Sequence record: ON125307.1
From: Enterococcus phage vB_OCPT_Bop
Strand: one strand, 5' to 3'
DNA length: 24,000 nucleotides
The number at the start of each line of letters is the position of its first letter. Within the stretch, counting starts at the first letter, position 1. Under the pieces are notes generated by a model. That model was not told the DNA's origin. It worked only from the letters and a program-made list of their open reading frames with translations, and did not search any database. Positions 8,419-15,975 of this stretch are shown here, piece after piece. The translations under genes were made by a program, and so were the position numbers.

Positions 8419-8643
8419 TTATTTAAAAGCTCCAATATATTTAACAGTACCCTTGCATTTACGTGCAAAAGCTTCTAGCTCTTTACGAGCACCTAAACGG
8501 TCTGGTTGAGAAGACTGTACTGTAACTTCTTTTGGTACAGTAATTTCACGAGTTTTCTTAACTGTCTTTCCGTTTTTTAACTTTTGTTCGTACTCTTCTG
8601 TACGAGTAGAAGTTGTTGAAATAATTCCGTAAAATTTAGACAT
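8419..8643 (-). CDS. Hypothetical protein, 74 aa
   Basis: ORF with upstream GGAGG-type RBS. Confidence 0.6.
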   Translation of the reverse strand: MSKFYGIISTTSTRTEEYEQKLKNGKTVKKTREITVPKEVTVQSSQPDRLGARKELEAFARKCKGTVKYIGAFK

Positions 8644-8673
8644 GTTATGTGACCTCCGGTCATTTTATTTTAA

Positions 8674-8755
8674 TGGGGAGTGATGGAGTTGCACCACCCG
8701 AGCTTTCGCAACTGATTTACAGTCAGCCCCGCTACTACTTACGGTATAACTCCCC
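8674..8755 (-). tRNA. tRNA-Tyr(GTA)
   Basis: GGGGAGT/ACTCCCC acceptor, anticodon loop CTGTAAA, long variable arm. Confidence 0.9.
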
Positions 8756-8951
8756 GCATAAGTATGTATATATCAATACAATGTACAAGAACTTTTAGTG
8801 AGGTAGCTCTCATAGTGTATTAATGGGGTACATTGTGTAACTTCAACTAGTATTGCCTCACACGTGACTAGTCTTATATACACAATGCCTACATACAACC
8901 CGATAGACCACCCTTGGTACGCATATTAAGAGGCGCAGGGTGATACGAATA

Positions 8952-9022
8952 TATGGATTGCAGGATTCGAACCCGCACCCTTTGGTTGGAAGCCGAAGAT
9001 ACTACCCTTATACTAAATCCAC
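8952..9022 (-). tRNA. tRNA-Gly(TCC)
   Basis: Anticodon loop CTTCCAA, T arm GCGGG TTCGAAT CCTGC, acceptor GTGGATT/AATCCAT. Confidence 0.85.
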
Positions 9023-9143
9023 ATAATGTTAATAGGCGGGTACCCGACAGCGAAGTATCATTCCTGTCTTGTCATTCTCCTATTAACTCCATAATACCTT
9101 GCCTAGAGTTGAGCTAGGACTCACAATTACCGAAGGTACTAAT

Positions 9144-9215
9144 CGGGAAAGCAGGACTCGAACCTACGACCCCACGCTCCCAAAACGTGTGCGCTACCAA
9201 CTGCGCTATTTCCCG
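9144..9215 (-). tRNA. tRNA-Pro(TGG)
   Basis: CGGGAAA/TTTCCCG acceptor, loop TTTGGGA. Confidence 0.93.
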
Positions 9216-9228
9216 TTAACTTATACAT

Positions 9229-9258
9229 ATATTATAACACAAACTTACATGATGTCAA
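9229..9258 (-). promoter_or_regulatory. Promoter for the Pro/Gly/Tyr tRNA group
   Basis: TTGACA - about 16 nt - TATAAT on the minus strand. Confidence 0.65.
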
Positions 9259-9288
9259 CAACTATTTGTAAGTTTTTTTAATTTATCC

Positions 9289-9375
9289 ATTCGGGACAGT
9301 GTGCTTTAACCATTCAGCCACCCGCAGGGGTAACCCGCAGGACGAGATTCGAACCCGTATACCACTGTCCTATTG
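9289..9375 (-). ncRNA. YrlA-like Y RNA candidate: permuted tRNA mimic without anticodon arm
   Basis: Minus order: GGACAGTG-GTAT-ACGGG TTCGAAT CTCGT-CCTGCGG G-TTACC-CTGCGGG TG GCT...AGC A-CACTGTCC-CGAATGG. Acceptor CTGCGGG/CCTGCGG pairs 7/7 including G-U; enclosing stem GGACAGTG/CACTGTCC is 8 bp. Confidence 0.6.
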
Positions 9376-9534
9376 GATAGGCTTGTGTACCTGTCATCTT
9401 CCGATTACACACACCTAGTCTAGTTACCGTACCAATAGATTTGACAGGAATCTAGGGTAACGCCCAATATGGTGTTAATTCACCTCGTATTCTGTTACAG
9501 GTTTGCAACCCTGAACAAGGATGACCAATCCTAA

Positions 9535-9607
9535 TGGAGCATAGCGGACTCGAACCGCTGACCCCCTGCGTGCAAAGCAGGTGCTCTCCCAACTGAGCTA
9601 ATGCCCC
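9535..9607 (-). tRNA. tRNA-Ala(TGC)
   Basis: Loop TTTGCAC, acceptor GGGGCAT/ATGCTCC. Confidence 0.93.
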
Positions 9608-9615
9608 GTATAAAA

Positions 9616-9688
9616 CATCTCCGCTGAGATTCGAACTCAGAATGCGGGATTAGAAATCCTGTGGTTTATCCAATTAGCCTACGGAGAT
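9616..9688 (-). tRNA. tRNA-Arg(TCT)
   Basis: Loop TTTCTAA, acceptor ATCTCCG/CGGAGAT. Confidence 0.85.
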
Positions 9689-9696
9689 ATGATTGT

Positions 9697-10065
9697 TTAC
9701 AGATAAGGTACTCCTGTAAACAATTCAATTGCTTCAATTTCAGTATGAAAGTTTTCCCATTCTAAACATTCATAGAAATCTTTTAAGATATGCTTGTCTT
9801 TCCTGTAAACAGTCTCACCTTTATGGGCTTTCTCACAGATTTCTCTAACAGCATCCACATTATACTTACCACCAGTTTTATACTGCTCTAAACCAGAATC
9901 TAATAAAACTCGTTGTACTTCTTCACTTTTATCTCCTGCTTTCCAAGAATCAAAAGCTTTTTCAAACAGTGTGTCCTCCATGTTTTCACCTTCTACTTCC
10001 ATGATTGATTGAATAAATCTTTTCCACTTAGAAGGCTCCTTGTGTTTACCTTTACGAAAACTCAT
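9697..10065 (-). CDS. Hypothetical protein, 122 aa
   Basis: Long ORF between tRNAs, co-directional. Confidence 0.6.
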   Translation of the reverse strand: MSFRKGKHKEPSKWKRFIQSIMEVEGENMEDTLFEKAFDSWKAGDKSEEVQRVLLDSGLEQYKTGGKYNVDAVREICEKAHKGETVYRKDKHILKDFYECLEWENFHTEIEAIELFTGVPYL

Positions 10066-10091
10066 GATTAGCCTCCATTATCTTTAATGAA

Positions 10092-10178
10092 CCGAGGAGG
10101 AGGGACTCGAACCCCCAAACGCTTTTACACGTCTACATGATTTCAAATCACGCTGAATACCAGTTATGATACTCCCCG
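10092..10178 (-). tRNA. tRNA-Ser(TGA)
   Basis: Type II; loop TTTGAAA; acceptor CGGGGAG/CTCCTCG. Confidence 0.85.
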
Positions 10179-10274
10179 AAAAAGAAATTGATTGACTAGT
10201 ACTGTTAGTTGACTAGCCAACCGGAACTACTTAAACCGAACTCTTTAAACAGCTTTAGTAGTTTATATTTCAAA

Positions 10275-10361
10275 TGGAAGGCATGGGATTCGAACCCACA
10301 CATGCTGTTACACATCTACTTGGTTTCCAACCAAGCCTCTTTACCGTTTGAGTAACCTTCC
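10275..10361 (-). tRNA. tRNA-Ser(GGA)
   Basis: Type II; CTTGG TTGGAAA CCAAG; acceptor GGAAGGT/GCCTTCC. Confidence 0.9.
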
Positions 10362-10456
10362 GTCTTGGGAGCAGGCGGGTTTGTGTCAAGTACACAATAC
10401 CTAATCTTTTGTGCATGTTGTTCCCTAGGCTTTATGCACACCCTACTATCTGCATA

Positions 10457-10642
10457 CTAACAGACCTGCCAATTTTCTAACACTTTTTCTAATGCTTCGT
10501 ATGGACACATTACTGTCTTACCGTGAACACCATGTATTCTCAAAATAATATAATGTTCATTTATCTCGGAGGTAACAAAGTATATCTTGTCCTTCACTAA
10601 ACCTAAACTTCCGTTTAAACCAATGAATTTTAAATACATCAT
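10457..10642 (-). CDS. Hypothetical small protein, 61 aa
   Basis: ORF with AGGAGG RBS upstream. Confidence 0.6.
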   Translation of the reverse strand: MMYLKFIGLNGSLGLVKDKIYFVTSEINEHYIILRIHGVHGKTVMCPYEALEKVLENWQVC

Positions 10643-10748
10643 GTTACCTCCTAACTATGTATAACCCATGAAGCATCATGGGGGGACTGTAGTATGCCCA
10701 ACCTGCGGGGATGCTCCGCTCTGAATCCGTAGAAATCAGCCACAATTA

Positions 10749-10953
10749 TGTCACTGGTAAGGATTTGCACCTTACATGCACGCTTCCATTAGTTAGTCGG
10801 CACCTTCGAGATAGGGACATACAGCTTCAATTTTCTAATGGATTTATAGGAATCTAGCCTTACAGTTGTTTACCCGACTTGTTCTAGACTAGCCTGAATC
10901 TTCCCCTGTGCTATACTGTGTTAATTAGCGTTTACCTATTCCGCCACAGTGAC
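10749..10953 (-). tRNA. tRNA-Leu-like gene with about 120 nt insert (205 nt total)
   Basis: 5' part GTCACTG TG GCGGAATAGGTAAACGC; 3' part GTAAGG TGCAAAT CCTTAC CAGTGAC. Acceptor GTCACTG/CAGTGAC pairs 7/7. No normal anticodon arm is apparent. Confidence 0.55.
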
Positions 10954-10955
10954 TA

Positions 10956-11303
10956 TGGAGTAGACGGGACTCGAACCCGTGTCCTAACGTAGAACCATAC
11001 AAAATTCTACGGGCGTAGTTACTAGTTTTAATCTACGTTAAGGTTACAACTAATAACTGAAATTACCTTAACTGAGTGGTAAAGCCTCTCCTGAGTTATC
11101 CACTTTTACCTCAGCGTTGTCGGTTGATGAGTCCTCTAGGTAGAACCGACCCTAGTCTAGAGGGGTAAGTGTGTAGCTAGTCTAAAACTAGGCTACAGCT
11201 AATAATTCTTCGTTTTTAGCAGTTATATTTACTGCGATGATTAAGTCATCACTCTGCCCGCTATTCATATACTTCTTACGCCAGTCGAAACCAAAACTAC
11301 CCC
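10956..11303 (-). ncRNA. ssrA: Phage-encoded tmRNA
   Basis: 5' GGGGTAGTTTTGGTTTCGACTGG, 3' ...GTTAGGACACGGGTTCGAGTCCCGTCTACTCCA. Acceptor GGGGTAG/CTACTCC; internal tag ORF; several paired blocks consistent with pseudoknots. Confidence 0.92.
11188..11235 (-). CDS. tmRNA proteolysis tag AVNITAKNEELLAVA*
   Basis: GCAGTAAATATAACTGCTAAAAACGAAGAATTATTAGCTGTAGCCTAG inside the tmRNA. The resume codon is inferred. Confidence 0.75.
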   Translation of the reverse strand, partial: AVNITAKNEELLAVA

Positions 11304-11536
11304 AACATAAGAATTTCTTTTGACTAACCCTACCCTTCCGGCAGGGTCTAATCAAAAGTATACAATTAAAAAAATGAAAATGAGTTACGGAAAATGTAAC
11401 ATCTCCACCACCGGACTATAAGGGTAAGTTGTTCCGGTCTTTAACCTAAGTACTTTACTTAAATCTAACAGGACAGTCTTCATTACGTAAACTACTTAAC
11501 CATGTAAAACGTAAAGGTCAATTTCCGTTGACCTAA

Positions 11537-11610
11537 TACAAGAGGAGGGATTCGAACCCTCACTGAATAGATTCTAAGTCTACTTCCTCTGCCAGTTGGG
11601 ATACTCTCGC
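11537..11610 (-). tRNA. tRNA-Leu(TAG)
   Basis: GTAGA CTTAGAA TCTAT, T arm GAGGG TTCGAAT CCCTC; the variable region is short for Leu. Confidence 0.75.
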
Positions 11611-11694
11611 ATAATAACAGCCCTACCCACCTACTGTTCTGCTAGCATATAGCTTGCAGGCTTTTTATCTGTGTTATAAAAACCAGAAAGGTTA

Positions 11695-11778
11695 TACAGG
11701 TAACAGGAGTCGAACCTGCATGTCACAAAGGACAATGGATTTTAAGTCCACAGCGTATACCAATTCCGCCATACCCGC
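11695..11778 (-). tRNA. tRNA-Leu(TAA)
   Basis: Type II; loop CTTAAAA; acceptor GCGGGTA/TACCTGT. Confidence 0.9.
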
Positions 11779-11955
11779 ATAATCACTTTTTAAACTAGAT
11801 TATTTATGATTCCTCACTTCTGGAAAAATACCACTTTATATATCAACATTTTTCTTATGAATGGGTTAAGATATGTTTTAACGAAAAAGAGGCTAAAAGA
11901 GTATTTCCTCAAAATTTTCGGTCAAGTTAATCTAGTAAGGAAAAGTGTAACCTTA

Positions 11956-12026
11956 TGTGACTGCTCAGAATCGAACTGAGATTCATGTTTCCACAGAACA
12001 CTGCCTTACCATTAGGCTACAGTCAC
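11956..12026 (-). tRNA. tRNA-His(GTG)
   Basis: GTGTT CTGTGGA AACAT; acceptor GTGACTG/CAGTCAC. Confidence 0.92.
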
Positions 12027-12052
12027 CATCATGTGTTCCTTACAAGAATTAC

Positions 12053-12083
12053 TATACAGCATCTTGTAAGGAAAGTCAACACT
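12053..12083 (-). promoter_or_regulatory. Promoter upstream of the His/Leu/tmRNA group
   Basis: TTGACT - 17 nt - TATAGT on the minus strand. Confidence 0.65.
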
Positions 12084-12098
12084 TACATATAAATTTAT

Positions 12099-12320
12099 TT
12101 AAAAAAGTTTTGATGAATCTAATTGAGAGAAACTTTCGGGTAGAGAACCTAGCTCTTCCATGTACTCTTGGTCAATCTCGTAAACAGTTAACTCCGTTAC
12201 TTCATTTTCAATGGTAAGTTTCATTGCTTCTGCTGTTTGTATACTGTGTCCTTCTACTTGAAGCTTATCATCAAGATAAATGCCTTCCCAGTCTCCTGCA
12301 ACTACATAATCTGCTTTCAA
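12099..12320 (-). CDS. Hypothetical protein, 73 aa
   Basis: ORF, tight order with 12329-12580. Confidence 0.55.
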   Translation of the reverse strand: MKADYVVAGDWEGIYLDDKLQVEGHSIQTAEAMKLTIENEVTELTVYEIDQEYMEELGSLPESFSQLDSSKLF

Positions 12321-12328
12321 GATATTAC

Positions 12329-12580
12329 CTACTTTCTCCTCAATTTCTGATAAAAATTATTATCCTTGTAATCTTCCTCGTGGGCATAAAATTTTTTCAT
12401 ATCATATGTCCAACAAGTTTCTTCTAATCGTTTATGATGTGTCAATGTTACTTCATCATCAAAACGACCTTGATTTAATTTATGCCTGTAATTTCTGTTA
12501 ACCATTCTTTTTATGTCTCGAACAGTTGAATCCTTCATACAGACATAACGGTAATAGGGTTTTCTGTAACTTCTACTCAT
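12329..12580 (-). CDS. Hypothetical protein, 83 aa
   Basis: ORF with GGAGG RBS. Confidence 0.6.
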   Translation of the reverse strand: MSRSYRKPYYRYVCMKDSTVRDIKRMVNRNYRHKLNQGRFDDEVTLTHHKRLEETCWTYDMKKFYAHEEDYKDNNFYQKLRRK

Positions 12581-12633
12581 TGTAAGTCCTCCTTAGTAGG
12601 TACTTACAATTTATTTAACCTTTTTTTCATTTT

Positions 12634-12918
12634 TTATAGCCCTCTTTCGAACAGACGTCTTAAAGTCTTACCCTCATTATTTAAAACATATACCGAGTTA
12701 ACATAAGCCTTTGTCTCTCCTTTGTTGTCAACTCTATATTCATAGGGTTCATTTGGAACACGGGTAATCTCTTCATGTTTAGAATTAAGTAAAGAAAAAG
12801 CATTTTCTTGTTCTAAAAGAAATTGTACCCCATCAATAAGTTCGATAAAAGGTTTAGTGGTTGGTTCAGTGCTGTCTTTTGGAACGTATTTTCGTTCTCC
12901 CAAAATTTGTAATATCAT
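12634..12918 (-). CDS. Hypothetical protein, 94 aa
   Basis: ORF with AGGAG-like RBS. Confidence 0.6.
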   Translation of the reverse strand: MILQILGERKYVPKDSTEPTTKPFIELIDGVQFLLEQENAFSLLNSKHEEITRVPNEPYEYRVDNKGETKAYVNSVYVLNNEGKTLRRLFERGL

Positions 12919-13026
12919 ATCTATCTATCTCCTATATGTGAATATATTTACCTCCCGAAAAACGTTTCTTCACCAAAGTGTAAGACGTAAACTAACGACA
13001 GGTCATAGTTTTCCAATTAAGGCAAA

Positions 13027-13100
13027 TACCAGTGAGAGGATTTGAACCTCTGACACCCGCCTTATCAAGACGATGCTCTAACCAACTGAGCTACACTGGT
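13027..13100 (-). tRNA. tRNA-Ile(GAT)
   Basis: Loop TTGATAA; acceptor ACCAGTG/CACTGGT. Confidence 0.93.
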
Positions 13101-13253
13101 GTGACCCATGTGTCAGGACTTTCACCTGTTCTCGGGGTGCCCCGCCTCTCTACTAATCTCCTCATTCGGTGCCCCTAATAGAGTGACTAGAGATAGTTAG
13201 CAATAAAAATTATATATCATGAATCAAATTTTTACTGCATCCTATATACACGA

Positions 13254-13325
13254 TACCGTCTACAGGATTTGAACCTGTGACATCCACCTTGTAAGGGTGG
13301 CGTTCTCCCACTGAACTAAGACGGT
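13254..13325 (-). tRNA. tRNA-Val(TAC)
   Basis: CCACC CTTACAA GGTGG; acceptor ACCGTCT/AGACGGT. Confidence 0.93.
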
Positions 13326-13331
13326 GAAAAA

Positions 13332-13427
13332 TACGGAAGACAGGATTTGAACCTGCGATATAGGAGTTTTAGTGCACTCATTGTCTCCCACGGTATCCGT
13401 TGCGTATTGCCATCACGCCACTCCCGT
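13332..13427 (-). tRNA. Atypical tRNA-like gene, isotype undetermined
   Basis: Acceptor ACGGGAG/CTTCCGT, D-arm GCG...CGC and T arm GCAGG TTCAAAT CCTGT are clear. The middle has two tight hairpins (ACGGATACCGT; GAGT GCACTAAA ACTC). Confidence 0.5.
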
Positions 13428-13434
13428 ATGCTAA

Positions 13435-13507
13435 CCGACAGTAAAGGAATCGAACCTCTATCACTAGATTCGTAGTCTAGCATCCTATCCAATTGAACGA
13501 ACTGTCG
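13435..13507 (-). tRNA. tRNA-Arg(ACG)
   Basis: CTAGA CTACGAA TCTAG; acceptor CGACAGT/ACTGTCG. Confidence 0.92.
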
Positions 13508-13609
13508 CTCTAGGCTAGCAATTACGCAGACTGACTATAGGCACCTTCGTCCCGTCACCTGTAAGTGCCCTCCTACAGGTTGTCCGTGGCACCGCAATGT
13601 ACTAACCGA

Positions 13610-13683
13610 TGTCCCCACAGGGATTTGAACCCCGAACCCCCCGATTAAAAGTCGGGTGCTCTAGCCGATTGAGCTATGAAGAC
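13610..13683 (-). tRNA. tRNA-Lys(TTT)
   Basis: CCCGA CTTTTAA TCGGG. Confidence 0.93.
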
Positions 13684-13741
13684 AGTTGTGTTTTTCAAGA
13701 TAACCCTCTCGAAAAACCGTTACTAATAGAAAAACTAAGGG

Positions 13742-13815
13742 TCTCGACTGACAGATTTGAACTGCCTGCTCCTCCTAAGAGGCGTGTTACCAAAGCCATA
13801 CACCAACTCTTCGAG
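13742..13815 (-). tRNA. Atypical tRNA-like gene, isotype undetermined
   Basis: T arm GGCAG TTCAAAT CTGTC and a 5-bp acceptor CTCGA/TCGAG. The anticodon region folds as CCTC-TTAG-GAGG (4-nt loop). Confidence 0.45.
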
Positions 13816-13817
13816 AA

Positions 13818-13891
13818 TATCCCCTACAGGATTCGAACCTGTGACCCCCTGATTAAGAGTCAGGTGCTACCACCAACTGAGCTAAGGAGAT
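13818..13891 (-). tRNA. tRNA-Lys(CTT)
   Basis: CCTGA CTCTTAA TCAGG; acceptor ATCTCCT/AGGGGAT. Confidence 0.93.
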
Positions 13892-13909
13892 AAGATTATC
13901 AATAGCTAG

Positions 13910-13981
13910 TTAAGCCTTACGGAATCGAACCGCCATGAGGTTATGAAGCTCACATAGACCACTAGACACAAAACTAGCTTA
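13910..13981 (-). tRNA. tRNA-like, anticodon CAT, non-canonical D region
   Basis: TGAGC TTCATAA CCTCA; T arm ...CGG TTCGATT CCG...; imperfect acceptor. Confidence 0.5.
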
Positions 13982-14083
13982 TTGATAAAATTCTATATAG
14001 ATAATTGTATGCAATGTTCGCACTAACTAACCAGATAACCAGTCAATCATTCAAAACATTAATTTGTGAGTTTCCGCTCACAA

Positions 14084-14155
14084 TGCTGATTGAGAGAATC
14101 GAACTCCCATTCCCGGGTTACAAAGCCGGAGTAATAGCCGTTATACTAAATCAGC
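14084..14155 (-). tRNA. tRNA-Thr(TGT)
   Basis: Loop TTTGTAA; acceptor GCTGATT/AATCAGC. Confidence 0.88.
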
Positions 14156-14180
14156 GTAACCCCTCAATAGAGGGGAATTA

Positions 14181-15272
14181 TTATACTAAGTTACCATACC
14201 CGTAGGTATTTGTTTGAGCTTGTTTAAACATAATGCTCTTGATAGTTAAGTCGTTGTACTTTTCATCGTCTTCATCATCAAGGTACACATCAACGTTAAC
14301 GTTCTTACCGGAAATACCGATTGTTTCGTCTTTACCAACTGTTAAGTCTTTACTGTTGAAGGATACATCAAAGTAAATGCTATCTTCTTTTGTACGACTA
14401 CCGAACGAAACTCTGTCACCGAATAAATCTAAGCTTCGAGAGTTGATTACAACAGGTTGTAACCCACCTTCAAATTGAATAGTTACTGTGTAATATTGAT
14501 TTTCAATATTAAGGATGTTTAAGTCAGCAATAGCTTCACCAAATGGGATACCAAAGCTTAATTCCAATGCAATTGCTCGTAAGCAGTCATAGTTTAACTT
14601 AATTCTACGGCTAAACTTAACAACACTGTCAATTTCACCATAGTAAGCTTCGTCTAACTTATCTTGCAAGTAAGTGCGAATTTCATCTGCATCAGGATAT
14701 TCGAAACGTAAATGATAATGGAAACGTCCCGGACGGTTAAGCATAAAGTCATTTACACGACTTAAGCTATTAACAGTAAGAGCGTAGATACGTTTACGTT
14801 GTGATAAACCATCGAATAAGCTCAATAGTTTTTCTTGTGGTTCACGACCGTCACGGTCATTGAATACTTTTTCAAATTCATCGAACAGGATAAGAGACTC
14901 TTGGTCAATACTGTCAATAAATTCTGCAATCCCCGGATAAGCTTCTGTAATTAAGATAACAGGCATATCCTCTTCAATAGCTCGTTGAGATAAGATTTGA
15001 GTAAATAGTGATTTACCAATCCCTTTGTCTCCACTTAAAATGATTCCTAAGCTACGATTAATTGTTTTAAATGTGTGTAACACTTTTTCAATTTTAGCTA
15101 AACGGTCACCGTAAACTTTAGGTTCTTTCAATTCAAAATCGTCTGTTACTACTAGTGAGAACCCAGACATTGGATTGAATCGAACTTTATAAGTTTGCGC
15201 AGGCAACTTATCATAAGTTTTAAGGTCGTTTGCATAAATTTCATAGTTACTGCCATAGTTGATTACTTTCAT
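14181..15272 (-). CDS. AAA+ family ATPase
   Basis: Walker A SGDKGIGKSLFTQIL, Walker B ESLILFDEFEKVF, sensor region LTVNSLSRVNDFMLNRPGRF. Start MKVINYGS at 15272 with AAGGGGA RBS. Confidence 0.85.
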   Translation of the reverse strand: MKVINYGSNYEIYANDLKTYDKLPAQTYKVRFNPMSGFSLVVTDDFELKEPKVYGDRLAKIEKVLHTFKTINRSLGIILSGDKGIGKSLFTQILSQRAIEEDMPVILITEAYPGIAEFIDSIDQESLILFDEFEKVFNDRDGREPQEKLLSLFDGLSQRKRIYALTVNSLSRVNDFMLNRPGRFHYHLRFEYPDADEIRTYLQDKLDEAYYGEIDSVVKFSRRIKLNYDCLRAIALELSFGIPFGEAIADLNILNIENQYYTVTIQFEGGLQPVVINSRSLDLFGDRVSFGSRTKEDSIYFDVSFNSKDLTVGKDETIGISGKNVNVDVYLDDEDDEKYNDLTIKSIMFKQAQTNTYGYGNLV

Positions 15273-15311
15273 AAATATTCCCCTTATTCGTGTTTTATTA
15301 GCAAATGCTAA

Positions 15312-15385
15312 TGGAGAGGGGTGGAATTGAACCACCGACCCCTAGGGTTTCAATCTAGTGCTCTAACCTACTGAGCTACCTCTCC
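15312..15385 (-). tRNA. tRNA-Phe(GAA)
   Basis: Loop TTGAAAC; acceptor GGAGAGG/CCTCTCC. Confidence 0.9.
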
Positions 15386-15506
15386 GTGTCAATTTGGACT
15401 TATCCCCCACGTGGTTACTAAGATAAGTCCTATGCCTTTGAAGTGTGGATACTCAAAAATGAGTACAGGTACTAAAAATCTGATGACAAGTCAGATTTAT
15501 GTCATA

Positions 15507-15579
15507 AGCAGAAGGTGAGATTCGAACTCACGTTCAGGGGTTTGCAATCCCTAGCCTTAACCCACTTGGCTACTCCCGC
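15507..15579 (-). tRNA. tRNA-Cys(GCA)
   Basis: Loop TTGCAAA; acceptor GCGGGAG/CTTCTGC; discriminator U. Confidence 0.9.
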
Positions 15580-15819
15580 ATTGGCATCCCTCTAGGTTTT
15601 TATCTGCATCGGGACTCACATAAACTGATAAGTGAAAACAGGGCACTAGTCTGTTTTACACCTGCGCTATCAGAACCTAGACTCGGCAACACTGCCTTAG
15701 ATGACTTTACTCTTGTAAACACGTCACATTCTTCAACAATTACCAGTAGAGTGCTACATACCAGTAATTCGTTCCTGTGAAGGATAGTACACTATAACTA
15801 TCACCGCTGTCCAAGAATA

Positions 15820-15891
15820 CACGCCGTGAAGGATTCGAACCCCCGTCTTCCGGGTTGGAGCCGGAAATGATAGCCACTACACCAACAGCGC
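15820..15891 (-). tRNA. tRNA-Trp(CCA)
   Basis: TCCGG CTCCAAC CCGGA; acceptor GCGCTGT/ACGGCGT. Confidence 0.92.
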
Positions 15892-15975
15892 AAGATTCGG
15901 AGGGGAGGGACTAGCAACCCTCCGAAAAATGTAAGATAATGAGAGATTAAAACATGCCACTATTAAAAGTGGAAT

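Noticed and set aside
9099-9281. Plus-strand 60-aa ORF
   Set aside because: Antisense of tRNA-Pro and its promoter.
9339-9394. Conventional-order tRNA at this position
   Set aside because: No upstream 5' acceptor complements CCTGCGG. The only good partner (CTGCGGG) lies downstream, giving the permuted interpretation.
11957-12217. Plus-strand 86-aa ORF
   Set aside because: Overlaps tRNA-His and its promoter antisense and opposes the local gene direction.
13609-13893. Plus-strand 94-aa ORF MSPQGFEPRTPRL...
   Set aside because: Antisense of three consecutive tRNA or tRNA-like genes.
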